From Yuukianura sp. NJ FZ-2021 (taxonomy: Eukaryota): a stretch of 64,000 bases of DNA. Each line of letters opens with the position of its first letter. Position 1 is the stretch's first letter. The translations under genes and the position numbers were made by a program. The notes under the pieces were generated by a model. That model was given only the letters and a program-made list of their open reading frames with translations. It made no database searches and was not told where the DNA came from. The stretch is from contig CM102286.1 of NCBI GenBank assembly GCA_046563655.1, positions 12,710,001 through 12,774,000 of the forward strand, read 5' to 3'. This document shows, piece after piece, positions 25,401 to 39,000 of this stretch.

Positions 25401-28400
25401 GTACCTAAAAATATATTCCGTTCTAAAAATTTTGTTAAGGACTCATTGAACCGTAAGTTTCTGTCTAAGAGCATGACATTGTGACAGACTCATTCCAGAG
25501 TTTGACTTTTTGGAGGGAAAGGGATGAGATCATTGTCTGAAAATTGGATTTGATCATATAGCTCCAAATTACATCTCCCTCGTAAGCTGCATTACAAATT
25601 CCACATGCTGGAGGACATGCCGTACGTTTTCCACGAAAAACTACAAAGCGTCTTCAAACTTTGTTAACGCCAAAAGCACCTCCAGTCTTTACAAGCCTTT
25701 GAACTATGTACAGGATTACAACACTTTTCATATTACCTGCCCCGGAGAACCTAAAAAATCTAATCATGTGAAAAACCTGAAACTTTAGTCGTCAAAAAAG
25801 AAACAAAGTTCTAAAAAAAAGTCTCCTGGCACTTTTTCACAAGAGAAAAGACTCTTCCGAGGTCACAACGCGACCGGAATACAACAACCCTACTTTTATT
25901 TCTCAAAATACCAAAGGTGATGTTTTGGTTACACAAAAGATCCATCATCCCCCACGCACAATTTTGAATAACCCCGATAAAATAACAACAGACGAGAAAG
26001 AAGACGCAGAAGAATAAAGTAAGCGTAATCCGTATCCTTGAGGAAGCGAAAGTCATGACTTTTAGTGGGTCATGCTCACAACTTTCACTTTGAGATTGAA
26101 ACAAGATTGTGAGATGTTTTGAGACTTCCCGCAACCCTGGAGGGAGTTTAAGAATACAAGAAAACCTTTTACTAAATCACACCAAAATCCACTTCGCAAC
26201 CGCAGAAAGTAATGGTGACAATTTCCTAAGGAGGAAAACGCTTTCACCAACTTTCCTTAGTGTTCCCTCCAGCGACTAATTTCGTGTGAAATTTGCAATT
26301 CTTACGAGTTTCGCACAAAGAAAGTTTCACTTTTAGTCTTTCTAAATTCAATTTTCATTTTCCTTCTAAGTTGCCTGTCGCACAAAACACAAAGAAAATT
26401 CTAAACTCAAAAAATCCCAAAACGAAAAAAAAAGTGGCTGCTGTGCATTTCCTCCCCGGGCCAAACATGATCAAATTTCACCTGAATTTATATTTAATCC
26501 GTTTTGCATATTTGAAAACAATTTCTTGCGATCGATTTCTTCACAAAACTCTGTTGAACCTTCTTAAACTTTGAAATTTTACGAGTTTTACTGCTTCTAG
26601 CCAATTTGAGCGTAAACGTGAAACCTGTAAAATTGCAGTGCGTTACGAGTTCCATTTTGAAAAAAAAAATCAATTCGCCCTATTTCCGAAGCCTGTAAAA
26701 TCTGAACACGGGCCTTCATTAAACCGGATTAGGTGTCAACTTTTATGTCTATAATTTAGAAAACAATGCTTCTGGAGGTAAGCATAACCCTTGAGAAATG
26801 GTCTATAGCCTTCCGTGCTCAGGAATTCGCACGGCGTCACAATATGGTTAATCTTAAGTATTAAGTAGCTCCTCCACCGACTTTCCAGTCCACTACTTTA
26901 GCACCATCCAGAAGAAGCCTCAAGGAATCCTGCTTTCAGTACAGTGCAGCGTAGAAACTTCTATTTTATGCTTCATTGACCCCTTTGAAGGAAACTCAGC
27001 TGAAATTAGTCATTTACATTAGACTGACACCTCCCAAAGACAAAGGAAAGCCCAGCCACTCGTCCAAAATTACACGCTACAAAACTTTTTCAACTATTTT
27101 TTCAATTTGTTTGAATTTTTTGTTTCATCAAAAACTTTTTATACAATCCCGACTCTTTTTTCAATAACAAATGCAAAGTTTCAGAATGACGTAAAACCTA
27201 TTCTACATAAAACATCAACTCAAAAGACTGTTTTTTTTTCATTCAAAGTAACTTTCATTTTCTTTTCCTACCTTTCTCCCAGCAGACAAGGTTAGCTTTG
27301 ATGTTAAAAACTCCTTAAAACGGATAACTCCCCTAACGAAATTCCCGAAGCTTAAGAACCTGTCTAGTTATAAAGTCCCGAGCTGCTTTTCCGTGTCTAA
27401 GTTGACACAGCCCCTTCTCTGTCTGCTTTCTTTATCTCTCCGACATATCAAGAAAGAAAGTCCTTCATAAAGAATGGATAGAAAAGTTGGAAACAAAGGC
27501 TACAACGGCAGGAGAAAACAATTGGATTCCCATTAGGTAGCGGCATGGAACCAAAATCTCCCACTTCTGTCAAAGTTGAATTTCATCCTGCCCAGGCCTC
27601 TTTGGCAAACCTTTGTGTGAAAGTGATGAATAGGATTTTAACATAATATTGAGCACAACAGACTCTCAACCGACTCAAATTCAGTTAAAATTCTTGGGAT
27701 CGACTAACTACAAACTTCAAAGTTCTAAAAGTATCAACTTAGGAAGTCAAAAAAATTACAAAAGAAATCTGTTGACCATTAACATATGACCGACCAAGAC
27801 AAACAGCAACCCGCATTTGTTACTTTCTGTTTGAATTGAATTTTCTCTATTCAGGCACTGTGTTGGCAAACGGAATCCCACACAATTTTCAAAATTTTGA
27901 ACAAAGTGTCCCCTTACCTTGTCAGTGAAAAATGGGATCCAACCACTTTAGAGTTGAAGTGACTGAGAGAAAACTTTGCACCAAAAAACTTTCACTTCAC
28001 TGCCTAAGCCTTGTTAAAAAAGATAATCCTGGAGTGCATGCTCCTTGATATTTGTGTATTCATAACAGCGATATGTAAAACTCTCTTTACACAACTTACT
28101 ACTCCTCTTCCCAGGAAACTTTCTCCTTTCCTTTTCAAATCATCCCGTCAAATCTCCAGTTGAGATAAAATAATCCAGTTTCCAACTTTCAATTTTTCAC
28201 TCCAGTCGGCCGTTTTTACTTTTCCAAAAGTTTATACTTTGAGTCTGTTCAGTAAGCAAAGAAATGATGAAGGTTTCCAACTGTTTTGAGAAACTTGGCT
28301 TTCTTCCATTATTGTCTGGTCACCCATGACCTTTGACCTTGTGGATCAAGAGTTGCTGTTGACAGAATAATAATAGCCGGAAACCGTTTGAATTTGATGA

Positions 28401-29680
28401 AACTCGCCCCAACTTGACCGTGGTTCCCCCAACTACTTTGTGTCTCATTATCAGAGGTTAAGGCGGAGTGCCCGTCACCGCACACTAAGCCTTAAGTAGA
28501 CAGGCAGATACACATTTTCCGGGAGAGTGAAAGTGGGAGGAAAATAAATGAGAAAGAAGCACGAAAAAGAGGTTTGGTTCTCCGCCAAAGATAATTACCA
28601 ACTACGACCGAAATTCACACCAACTTTCAGTTTTCTCCACTTTCAGCTTAGATCCTTTCAGTCTTAAGGCTTAACTTCCTTGCGTTGCTCTAAAAATAGC
28701 ACCTCAGACGAAATTCTTGTTGACACTTTCCAAAATAAAAAAAAGTCCAATTTCCAGAGATCCAAAAATCCAATTTGAAGCAAATTTCGTTGAGCCCAAA
28801 CAAGTTCCAAAAAGGTACAAATATATTGCACTGGTTAAGGTTAGGTTTTGAGAACATAAAGAGGTTCGACTTGGGCACTAAATTCCTATTGCTTCCTTCC
28901 GCTGAAATGACCCGGTCGATGTTGTCGGAGTTGAACAAGTTTTTCCACTTCTACACTTTCTCCTTCGCTCAGTTTCAACAACCTCGGACATCATCAGCAG
29001 AGCACAGTCCAGCCTCCTAGTAAGAAAAGCCTACTTTTCTCCAAAAACGAAAAAAACACGCTAAAACTTTGAAACTTTGTTTCCTACAGCCCTTGTTGTG
29101 TTCGAGTGTGGATACGTGCCGAGGCTGAGGCAGAAACCAACTACTGCTCATTCTCCAAAGTTGGTCGACTCTAAACCCAGGGAGAACCGTTGCCTTTTCC
29201 TCCTCCTTTTTCCCTTTACTTTCACTAGAAAATAAAACCCTACATTGCTGCTGCTTTCCCCAACTTTCTCCCTGCTCTTCACCAGTAGAACATAGGAATG
29301 GCATGCAACTCTGTTTTCAATTGCGCACTCTACTCTCTGCGCACACCAACTATTGATTCCATAATAGTGGAGCAGAAAGCGTGTGCGTCTCTTCCTTATA
29401 GTATAGAGAAAGTACAAGGAAAGTTCCCTTTCAGGCAGCCACCTTTAGTACACAAGGCCCCACCAGGTCTTTTTCCCACTTCGAAGCAGCCACTGCCTAC
29501 CTCTTCTGTCAAACCACTTTAAATATTTCCAGCTCCAAACTCTTCCTCCAGAATTCCCTTCCTTAAGGAAACTCTTGTTCCTAGGTTTGGTTAGACTATG
29601 GAGAAAGTGGCAAGAGGGAAAGTGCAAAGAAACATTGACTCTGAAGGCAAAAAAAGCAAGTGAAACCGGCCTAGAAGCCT

Positions 29681-29715
29681 ACTCACCTAAAAAACTAAAG
29701 GAAAGGAGGAAGTGG
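29681..29715 (-). other. Second candidate recursive splice site (AG|GTGAGT at 29687/29686)
   Basis: Minus strand reads cttcctcctttcctttagtttttt ag|gtgagt. Confidence 0.4.
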
Positions 29716-32288
29716 TTGGGTGAAAAACCTTTCTCCACGACCACCGCCACGCGAAGCGACGTCAGCAACAACCAAATCTCAAAATGCAGAAGTTTGCTCT
29801 ATAACCTTATTCTGCTTGTGCTCCAGTCAAGCCCTCCACTCAACTTTGAAATTTCTATTGCAACCAAACCCTTCATCAACATGAAAAAAGAAAAACCAAA
29901 TCTATAAATCCCGACCCAAGCTCGAAAATTCCCAAGGATTTAGAGAAAACGTTCAAAAATAAGAGAAAACAAATCAGCATAAATTACAACAAAAAACAAA
30001 ATCCACCTAACTCAGCAACATTTTTTGCACAAAGGTAGATAAAAAGTCGGTCGTTTCAAACAAAATATAAATTGAACAACATCGGAGTTTTTTTTTAACT
30101 AACTTCAACTTCAAAAACAGGAATTACAAAGTTCCCACTCGACACACAAATGTTTACTTAGGTTTAGCAATAACTTGTGAAACAAGGACTGACGAGCATT
30201 TGTCATGTTATTTCAAGGATGATTATACACTATGGACCACTTCAACAAACTTCAAGCATCTGGATAGAACAAACATGTACTTTTCCAATTTCAAGTTTGG
30301 TTAAAGTACTTTTAAGTAGGTTAGGCTTCGCTACAAGCAGAAACGACTAGTGACATTAAAAATTAACCACTCAACATTAAACCTTCGACTTTTTTTCAAA
30401 ATGGTCGTCTTTTTTTTTACTTTTTAAAAATTTAGAAAAAAGCTTTCACTTTCTTATGCTAACGACTTTTCCTTTTTTTTTTTTTGTTCCTTGACTAACT
30501 TCCTTTCCACTTATCAGACTGACATTCCTATCAGAGGGGAGAGAGAAATCAAAAAAGAGAAATGGAGTTGACATGAGCTGTCGGATGAATCTTCGTGATC
30601 CATTCTTACTAACACCACCGCCCCCAATTCCCGCCAAAAAAAATGGGGAAAATGCAAAAGGCATTCCACAGCAAAACATACATGCCGCTCCTTATTCCAA
30701 AAACTAATCCCATGAATCCTCAAGTATTCTATTCACGTCCAACCCAAACAGGGCAACAACCAGCATAGTACGATCATGGGAGAGCCCGAAAATTCTCAAA
30801 CGACCGAAACGAATAAAGACGGGAAAAAATGTAGTAGAAGAAAAAACTCCTTTGTAAATTCAACTGCCATGCCACAAAATTGACTTTTTCCAACCAAATT
30901 TCCACAAACATTGGCATGCTCCTAGCCAATCTCAAAGAAAGTGAATCTCGACTTTCTCCATTCTCCGCCTTTCTTTACTGTGCATAAACAGGCTATCTTG
31001 TACTAACAGTTCAACAAGTTGAATAGCAAAAAAAAAATGGGCACAAGAAAACAAAAGTAGTAAAAGAAATGGACGAAAAGGAGACCAAAAGTTAAAATAT
31101 CCTCGTCACATTCCTACAGATTTCCTTCTTTTCCATTTCCAAACAAAAGACACAGTTTTCTGATGACATCAAAAGGATCCCACTGGCAAAAAAAGAAAGT
31201 CTTTCGGGAAAGTTTTAGTTTCTCGTCCGTAACAATCAAGCTTTTTCCCATTTCCCACGTCCTCGAACGAATGTAACGAACTGTAGATTTGAACACGGGC
31301 CAAAATAATATTTCCTTCGTACTATCCTCATTCTCTTTCTCACTATTAGTTCTCATTGTGAAAGTGAAAGGACAATAGGAGAAAGCGGTTTAACAAAATC
31401 GGCGAAGACGACGACTAACCTAACCGTCGTCTTCAAACCAAAAATAATATCCCATTGTTCGTCCAGCACAAGAAAAGAAAGTTACTAACCTTTATGGGCC
31501 CTTCTTCAATTCAGTCACTCAACAGCCTCTCCTTGGCCATTTCCTAGGTTAACCTAACCACTTTCTCTTGAAGAGAAAGGAACTGAGGCATTCACATTAG
31601 GATGATCATTGGAAAGGACCTTAACGGCCCCCTCACTGAGGTCACTTGAGATTAAGTACACTTTTCCCCGCCTTTTCCTAACCAAAATGCTTCCAGACAC
31701 TCTCTGGTTGTTAGGTTGGTTAGGTTATCTACTAACCCAAATATCCCGCGACTCCTAATCTATACTTCCATTCAGTTTCAGTTCGACCTCAGTCAGTAAT
31801 GGTACAGAAGAGGCCAAAATCAAATTAACTGCACCACCAACCTAACGCTTCCTTCGATCCATTTCCAGCAAAAGACTTCGCCAGTTCGCATAACCCCGCC
31901 AATAAATTTCCCATTCAAAATTCTAAACACGTAGAAGTTCCTTCCTTCCGCCGCCGTCCTCTTTCTCATAGCCTCCCCCCAACACACAACAAATTTTGAA
32001 ATGTAATTATTAACTTTCCCTTCTCCAGAAATATTTACATGTTGACACGTTCCTATAGTACTTCTCGTGTGCAATTCTCAAAGTGGCACACGCAAGAGAG
32101 CGCGATAGGCTCAACTTAATTATAGGACAGGCCACTTGAGATTGTAATTGCAGGCAGAACAACTTTCACTTTTGTGTGTTTTTAAACCGTGTGTTCAAAA
32201 CTCTTCTTTTTAGTTCGATATAACTTCATGGAAAATAAATGCAGTTGCTCCCAGCTCTAATCATTCTACACACGCATTTTTGTCATTT

Positions 32289-32460
32289 GAGCAACTCCTT
32301 GTGAATACTAAAAATTTTTGAAAAAGTGACACATATCGTATTTTTTTTTAAATGAACGAAATTTCTACCGTGTGTTCTGCTGTCGAGTAACTCTTTGTGA
32401 AATGTGTAAATTTTTTGAAAACTGACACACATCGTATTTTTAAACCAAATGAAATTTTGA
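32289..32460. repeat. Degenerate tandem duplication, period about 96 nt
   Basis: gagcaactccttgtgaa...aaaagtgacacatatcgtattttt recurs as gagtaactctttgtgaa...aaactgacacacatcgtattttt. Confidence 0.7.
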
Positions 32461-33417
32461 AGGTTAACAGTACTACCGCAGGGGCGAAAGCCGCCATTTT
32501 GCGAAACTTGCGTCATGATTATCTCCGCGCTGCAACTTAAAATTGTTTGTACAAAGTGCGCAGTTAATTCAAAATCTTCAAAGTTCAAACCTTCAAAAAC
32601 AATAGACTGTTAGATTTGAATCAAACTGAAATCCCAATTTGGGTTAAACTGAATCCCTACAAATCATATTTGGTCCAACGGAAACGTTAATTCAGAGAGC
32701 AACCTTTCCCTCCTTGTCTTTCCCGAGAGGACAAAAACAAGTTTACAAGCCAAATCCCGTAGTTTCCTGCAGACTCGTTCAAAAATTCAATCAAAATCCA
32801 TTAGTTTCTTAAACATCAATAATTAATTTGGAAGTTGGCCAAGGGGATGAGCAAAAGCTTAACTTTTCACCGCCATTCTATCAGAACTTGAGCTTCGGTG
32901 TCCCCCAATGGCGCTTACCAAACGTAATCCTCCCATTGTCTTTTAATTGAAATTTCCTTGCAAAAACTTTTGTTGCATTAAAATTGTTTTTTTTTTTTTG
33001 GTTGAACCAAAGTTAATTAACCTCCAGGCTTTAGTAAATACAAAAAGCATAGGCGTGTTAATTAAAACTATTTCTCCAACGCTTAATCACTCCCAAAAGT
33101 ATTTTTTGTCACCTACAAACATTAGCTTTACATGTTTCACCTTAACTTTGGATGCTTCATCAAAGTTTAAAAATCTTGCAAAAAATTACCGTTTAGGTAT
33201 GTCTTTTTTTTTCTAACAGAATCAAAAAATTATGTTAGGCAATTATGTTAAAGTTAGGTTTAGGTTAGAATTTGGCAAAAAAAAAAATCATTGTCAACAA
33301 TGGGAATTAGATATCTACGAGTTTCTAAAACTGAAAGTCTTATGCCCAATTTTCGAAAGTTTCAACTGCAGTCAAACTTTCACTGCGCGAGATAAAAAAA
33401 ATAGATCATAGGCTTAC

Positions 33418-33530
33418 CTGAGTTTAGCTGAGCAAACGGCCTTGAATTGGATTTTGATCACATCGATTGGTAAAAATAGAAAACAGATAGTACTTACCTA
33501 AAAAAAGGGGAAAAAACAAATTATTAGCAT
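33418..33530 (-). other. Candidate recursive splice site (AG|GTAAGT at 33498/33497) with an 80-nt cryptic RS-exon
   Basis: Minus strand reads gctaat aatttgttttttcccctttttt tag|gtaagta, followed 80 nt later by CAG|gtaagc. Confidence 0.6.
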
Positions 33531-34952
33531 TTCATAATCAGTCAAACACAATTTCCAAAACGTTTAACTTTGTACACAGTTTTGACATTTGGATTTAGCA
33601 GCGCAGGGGAATGACTAACCACTTCTGTTTACGTATTTGAAAAGACGTTAATCAGCCACAAAGATAAATGAATTTCCAAATACTATCCCATAAATCACTA
33701 ATTTTAGCTCCGTCAAGTTCGTCTCTATTGTCAATTTTTCACCGTCATGTCATGTCACATCTGCATTGGTAGCAAACATTGGTTCAAGTGGTTCTTCTGG
33801 AGCGGTGCCTCCAAGTCCCCACGGTCTACTTTCTCCTAAAACTAAAGCAATCCAAGCAAAACCTATGAGACCATCAACATGGACGAGATTGGATATAATT
33901 TGAATCCTGCCGCCAAAACTGGTCCCGGACTTAATTTAGGAGAAAGCTAGCTCATCCCGCTTTCACTCTGATGATAATGTCTTCCCTTCCCTTGTGTCTA
34001 CCATGTTAGGCTGTACACAGGGTTGCACTAGCGAAAACCTACAGTTTAATGGGCGTTCCATGTGCAGTCGGCAGATCAAGGACACCGCCCTTCCGCTCCG
34101 GCGGGAATTTCCGGATTTTTAAACTTTATTTCCTTTCCCCTCTATTTCAACTTTCGAAGTGTACAACTTTAGCTTCCATTTAAAACATACTAGACAAGCA
34201 GTACGAGTTGGTTTTACAGAAGAACCTATCTATTAATACAGTTCAGTTAGAATTGCCGCTTTCTCGCAACTTTTCAACACAAGGCAGATTTCTTTTCCTC
34301 CTACGCCACTAACGAGCTAGGAAAATGCGCGATACTTAAAACGCAACAAAACCCTCTCCTTTGGACTTGTTGTGCATCTCCATTAAACCTTAAGTTTGAT
34401 GATCCACTCAAACAAATTTTTCCTGTGCAACGTGCAACCTTAATAGTAAAAAAAAAATTGGGAGTTATTCGTCTGGAAGTGTTTCTTTTCAACACAATTT
34501 CGAAAAAGAAAATAGCTTAAGATGTGGAATTCGAGTACCTTTTCTTGCTTCATTTAAAACGTTCGCAAAATGGTTTCTAGCATCAGCTTCACAAAAGTCA
34601 AAAGTAAAGAAACTTAACAAGGCAAAAAACTTTTCCAGATCGAAAACTAGAACACAACCTTATTGACATTACAAATTTGAGCTTGCTAGCATAAATTGAG
34701 AGATTCGTAAACTGTTTCCCCAGAAAGTTGCTTTTTCGCAATTCCTAAAAATTCGTCGTAATCAAAAACAACAGAACTTTTGAAAAAGAAAATTTTTGAC
34801 TATAAAATAGATTCAACAAACATTGCGAATTAGAGCAACTAACGAAACTCTCATTAAGCAATCCGAACATTTCCATTTAACTCATTTAACATTTTTGACT
34901 TTGGTCAATTTTGGCTCAAGTTTGGCCAATTTAGTTCCGCACAAAACCTTAC

Positions 34953-36038
34953 CGCAATTATAGAAAACTGGAGTTGTGTTAGCTGTCGTTGCTTGATCAG
35001 CCGTGAGAGGCGCTTAGCTCTCTCCGCCGTTTGTAAAGGTTCCACTAGAAGCCTGTCGCCCATTTTCGTACTGTTGGAAGACGTCGCAGAACCTAGGTCA
35101 CCTAAACCATTTTTCCGCTGAGGATCCACTTTACTACAAAGAGCTGGAGTGAGTTCAAGACGCTGTGTATCAGCCAAAAAGATTTTAGGCTCCTTTTTCT
35201 TTCTAGGTGGCAATGGAGGAGCGTCTGCAGAATCCAAAACTGAATTGAGAGACGTTGACCCTGGAAGCTGTGCGATGTCTTTGCGACCTGAGAGAGCACT
35301 GTCTGATGAAGAATGTGAAACGGAATGTGACGGAGATGAGGGATATGAAGCTGAAATTGGCGTTCCAGTGTCACCTCCAGCATGTTCACTACTTGCTCCA
35401 TCATTTGTTCTGATGAATAGTCGATTTATGTTAATGGGACTGTTGCTTCCAGGCTGGATAATTTCGTCATTCCAGACAAAACCACCACTCTCTTCATGCC
35501 AGGACTCTGTTCCATGGATGTTCAGAATGGGAATGGACCTACTATGTTCTCCAGTGACATGACTGCCGTTGATTCCCAGACGGTCCAGCTCTTGTTTAGA
35601 CAAAGAGTTGGCTGACAGCGGTCGCTGCGGATGATGGCGTAAGGTTGCCGTAGAGTGACCAACAGTTTCCAGCGGAACTGTCATGGCCAGGAGTTCAGAA
35701 TTTGAAAGAGAATCGCGATTCGTACCATACTTCATGGCGTTCATCAAGTCTCCAAAACTCCCGACATTTCCTGTAATGTCTCCAAGGGATTTTTTGGACT
35801 TCCAAGTGAATTCGGTTCCAGGACTGCCAGCATTGGTCAACCTTGGCAACGAGTGCGTGCCGGAAGCGACGGGAAACAGCTTTGAAAGATTCAATTGCTG
35901 CTCTTTGTCTCGCATTGACTGAGGTCTTGAGCCTCCGCTGCGATGGTGTTCATCTTTCCCTGGCGGCGACATCTTCTCGTTTGCAGCTTTTGAACTGTCC
36001 GGTATTGTAGTCAAACTGATAGAAATCCGGCGGAGCAT
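34953..36038 (-). CDS. unc-13: Alternative first coding exon of unc-13 (362 aa, Ser/Pro-rich, ends AERAKRLSRLIKQRQLTQLQFSIIA)
   Basis: Long ORF on the unc-13 strand inside its intron, with phase-0 donor GCG|gtaagg compatible with the downstream phase-0 acceptors. Confidence 0.72.
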
Positions 36039-39000
36039 ATTTTTTCTTCTTTTAATTTTCTACTTAAAATCAACTTCACTCAACTAAACACTTCAATTTT
36101 CGAAATCCAAATGTTAAACAAGTCCGAAATCTCTCTACTTTTTGACAAACTTCAGGGTCAGTTGACAAATTCACAAAATTTAAAAAGTGGACGTAAAAAA
36201 TACGTCATGAAGTTGGGAATTATTTCTGTGAACTGCGATAGTTAGATTGCGGATCAAACACCAAACAGCAACTATTTCTGCAAAAAGTTAATTAAGACAA
36301 CCTTCAAAGAAACTAAAATCACCGAACACAATTAACCGAAAACCGACAATGGAAATTTCCAAGTTCAACTAATGTCACCGATGACACCGTCAAACTAAAC
36401 TTGCGTCAACCATTGACTTCAATTAACAAAAAAAAACTTAACACTTCACTTCACTTAGCCGTAGAAAACCACAACTTGAGTTTCAAATACAGTATAAAAA
36501 ACAGTTTGGTGCTAAAAATGTGCATTGATGTCAGAGTGTTCTGAACTTAGGTTAACACAATTTTCCTCATTTAAGTTGCACTCATTTGTCTAGTGCTCTT
36601 GGGTTATTTACTAAAAGCGCAATGTTAATGTCAAAAAGTAGCAAAACCATTTTGGTTCCATTTTTGTTTGATTTATCTGGTTATATGCGGGGGTTACAAC
36701 CATATGCTGCCTTGGTCGGTTTTTGGCAGCATCCGTCCCTGGATTTTTTATGACTAACTTTACCACCACTGGGAAAGTTTATTACCAAAAGTTAAGCGTA
36801 AACAGCCCTTGGAACTTCAGCTCCAAGCTCAACCCACATAATTCACACCTAAATGGGGATTTTGTCTAATTGAATTTTCCGTTTCTATAACTCTCCAGTC
36901 TTATTTATATCACTAAAACACTGGATTTCGGACATTGTTATCAGCAAGCGGCTCAAAAGTTTTGGAAAATGCAGCGCCGCCTATGTTGCACGACTCCTTA
37001 AAGTCAAGACCAATCAAGCAACAAACACTATTGATATTGAAACTTGAACTGCCTGAATTGGATCTTCTGTGATATTCCGTCAAATCAAGACGAAAAGAAA
37101 GAATCCGACTGAGAAATCTCTGCGACATTCCCACAGCTCTTATATTGCTTTCACTTGGAGAGCAAATAGAATGAAATTGATAGTCCCTCATCCTTAGCCT
37201 GCTGCTGATTCAATTTCCATTGGTTAGTGTCAACATGAGTTCTTGGGAAAAAAGCATTAGTGGTCGCAGCAGCAGTCGATTGACATTTCCGCTTCCCTTG
37301 GCCTCTCTCCTTGTCAACTTGACCTCCCACTTAAACCTCACATAACTCCCACAATTCTCATCTTCATCTTCCTTGTGTAAGAACCCCTCTTAGGCTTAAT
37401 CTCAACTACAATTAAGTTTTTGCCAGGCAAAAAGGCATGCAGTAATGCCATTTCCTGCAGAGGTCACCACAGGTCACCCGCTGTGCCACTGCCACCAGCT
37501 CGGCCTTTCAACCAGGCTTTGGCGACCAGCAGCAGGGGTGCATGAAATTGCATGAGCCCCGCATGGCAAGATGGCAAGTGCAATACTATAAGCTCCTATG
37601 CGGTAATTGAATATTCCCGCTCTTTTAAAAAAAAAAGTTTCTTGCCTTTCTGAAACTAAACTGGAAATTCTACGAAATGCGAAACTGACTTCACGCACGA
37701 ATTTCCGGTAAAATTTCTTACAGATTAAACAGATCCAGGCGATAATAAAGTCCACAAAAAAATACTAAAAAGAGGGAAAAGTCGAAAGATTTAGTGTTTT
37801 TCAATTGCCCATGCAGAAAGGATTGGATACCCCTCGAATTTATTGACTCCCTTTAAGTACCACTTTTCTCCGTCATCCGTGGTTGGAAATGAGGCTAATT
37901 GGCTATACTGCTTTTGCGGTTTTCAAGTGGGCACCTCTCTCCCCTCTAAACACACATTACCGTAAAACTTAGGAGGAAAGGCCGGGCTTCCATGTATTTT
38001 AACGCCTCCACACCCGACTTATATTGGCAACCCAGCTTTTATGCCGAGCCGACTTTCATTAGATGCTTTACGGTACTCATAGAAAGCCTAACGTCAAAAT
38101 CTCCTAGATTTTCTAAGTCTACGGGCCTCGTCTTGACTGCAGTTGACGCTAAGTATGTCTTTAAAACTAGAATGTGTAAATGGGCATCAAAGTTAGTATG
38201 GTTTTGCACAAAAGTCCAGGAGAAGCTAACAATTTCAGAGAAGGAATGCGCCACAATCCAACTTAAACCAAAGTTCCAACAGCTTTCATAGTAGAAAAGA
38301 AAATTTAACAGCGGCTGGAACACTTCTCAAAAGTTGTAGCACCCAGTTACTAGCGATTTCCAAAATGACTCATTCTAAAAGAGTCATTTATCTTGTGGAA
38401 GCAGCTTAACAGAAGGACGCTTAAGGCCAGACCATGGTTCTTGTGGAGAAATAATTTCCTCTAGTCCAAACAGGAAAACCACATTCAGTTCCAAATATAT
38501 TTTCTATAATCCTCAAAAGACTTTGCAGCACTGACCCTACGTTTAGTCCATTTCGCTTCATAAACTTCAGCAGCACTCTTAAGTACGAATCTTACAAGCC
38601 ACAATTAACACAAACTTTCACTTTGGAGAAAGTAAAGTCTCCAAGAATTACATTGCCTAGCTCACTCGTTTTACGAAATGAATTTTACGAAATAAATTTG
38701 CAGGATTTTCACATGCAAGAAAAAAATATTCCGCTTTTATGTAATGCTTTCACCAATTTCAGCCCATCCATCTTATTTCCCGCGCAAAGTGAAGTTCATT
38801 GACCAATGCACCTGAGACCTGTCCCATAGAACCAACTGAAAGATGCATCTACAGAAAAACCCGAGAAAAAACTAAAGTCGTAACAGTTACCCGCATTCGG
38901 AACTCAGAGTCTGACATGAGCGCATGTGCACAGCAAGTCCATTTTCCAAAAAAATAATTTATGACTCCCAGGTAACTTTCCCCGCGAAAATTGGGAGCCA

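Noticed and set aside
25395..33130. Other AG|GT juxtapositions (tttttag|gtaccc ~25404; gtttgtag|gtgaca ~33112)
   Set aside because: Regenerated donors too weak to call recursive sites
36913..37191. 92-aa ATG ORF upstream of the 362-aa exon
   Set aside because: No compatible splice donor and no recognisable similarity
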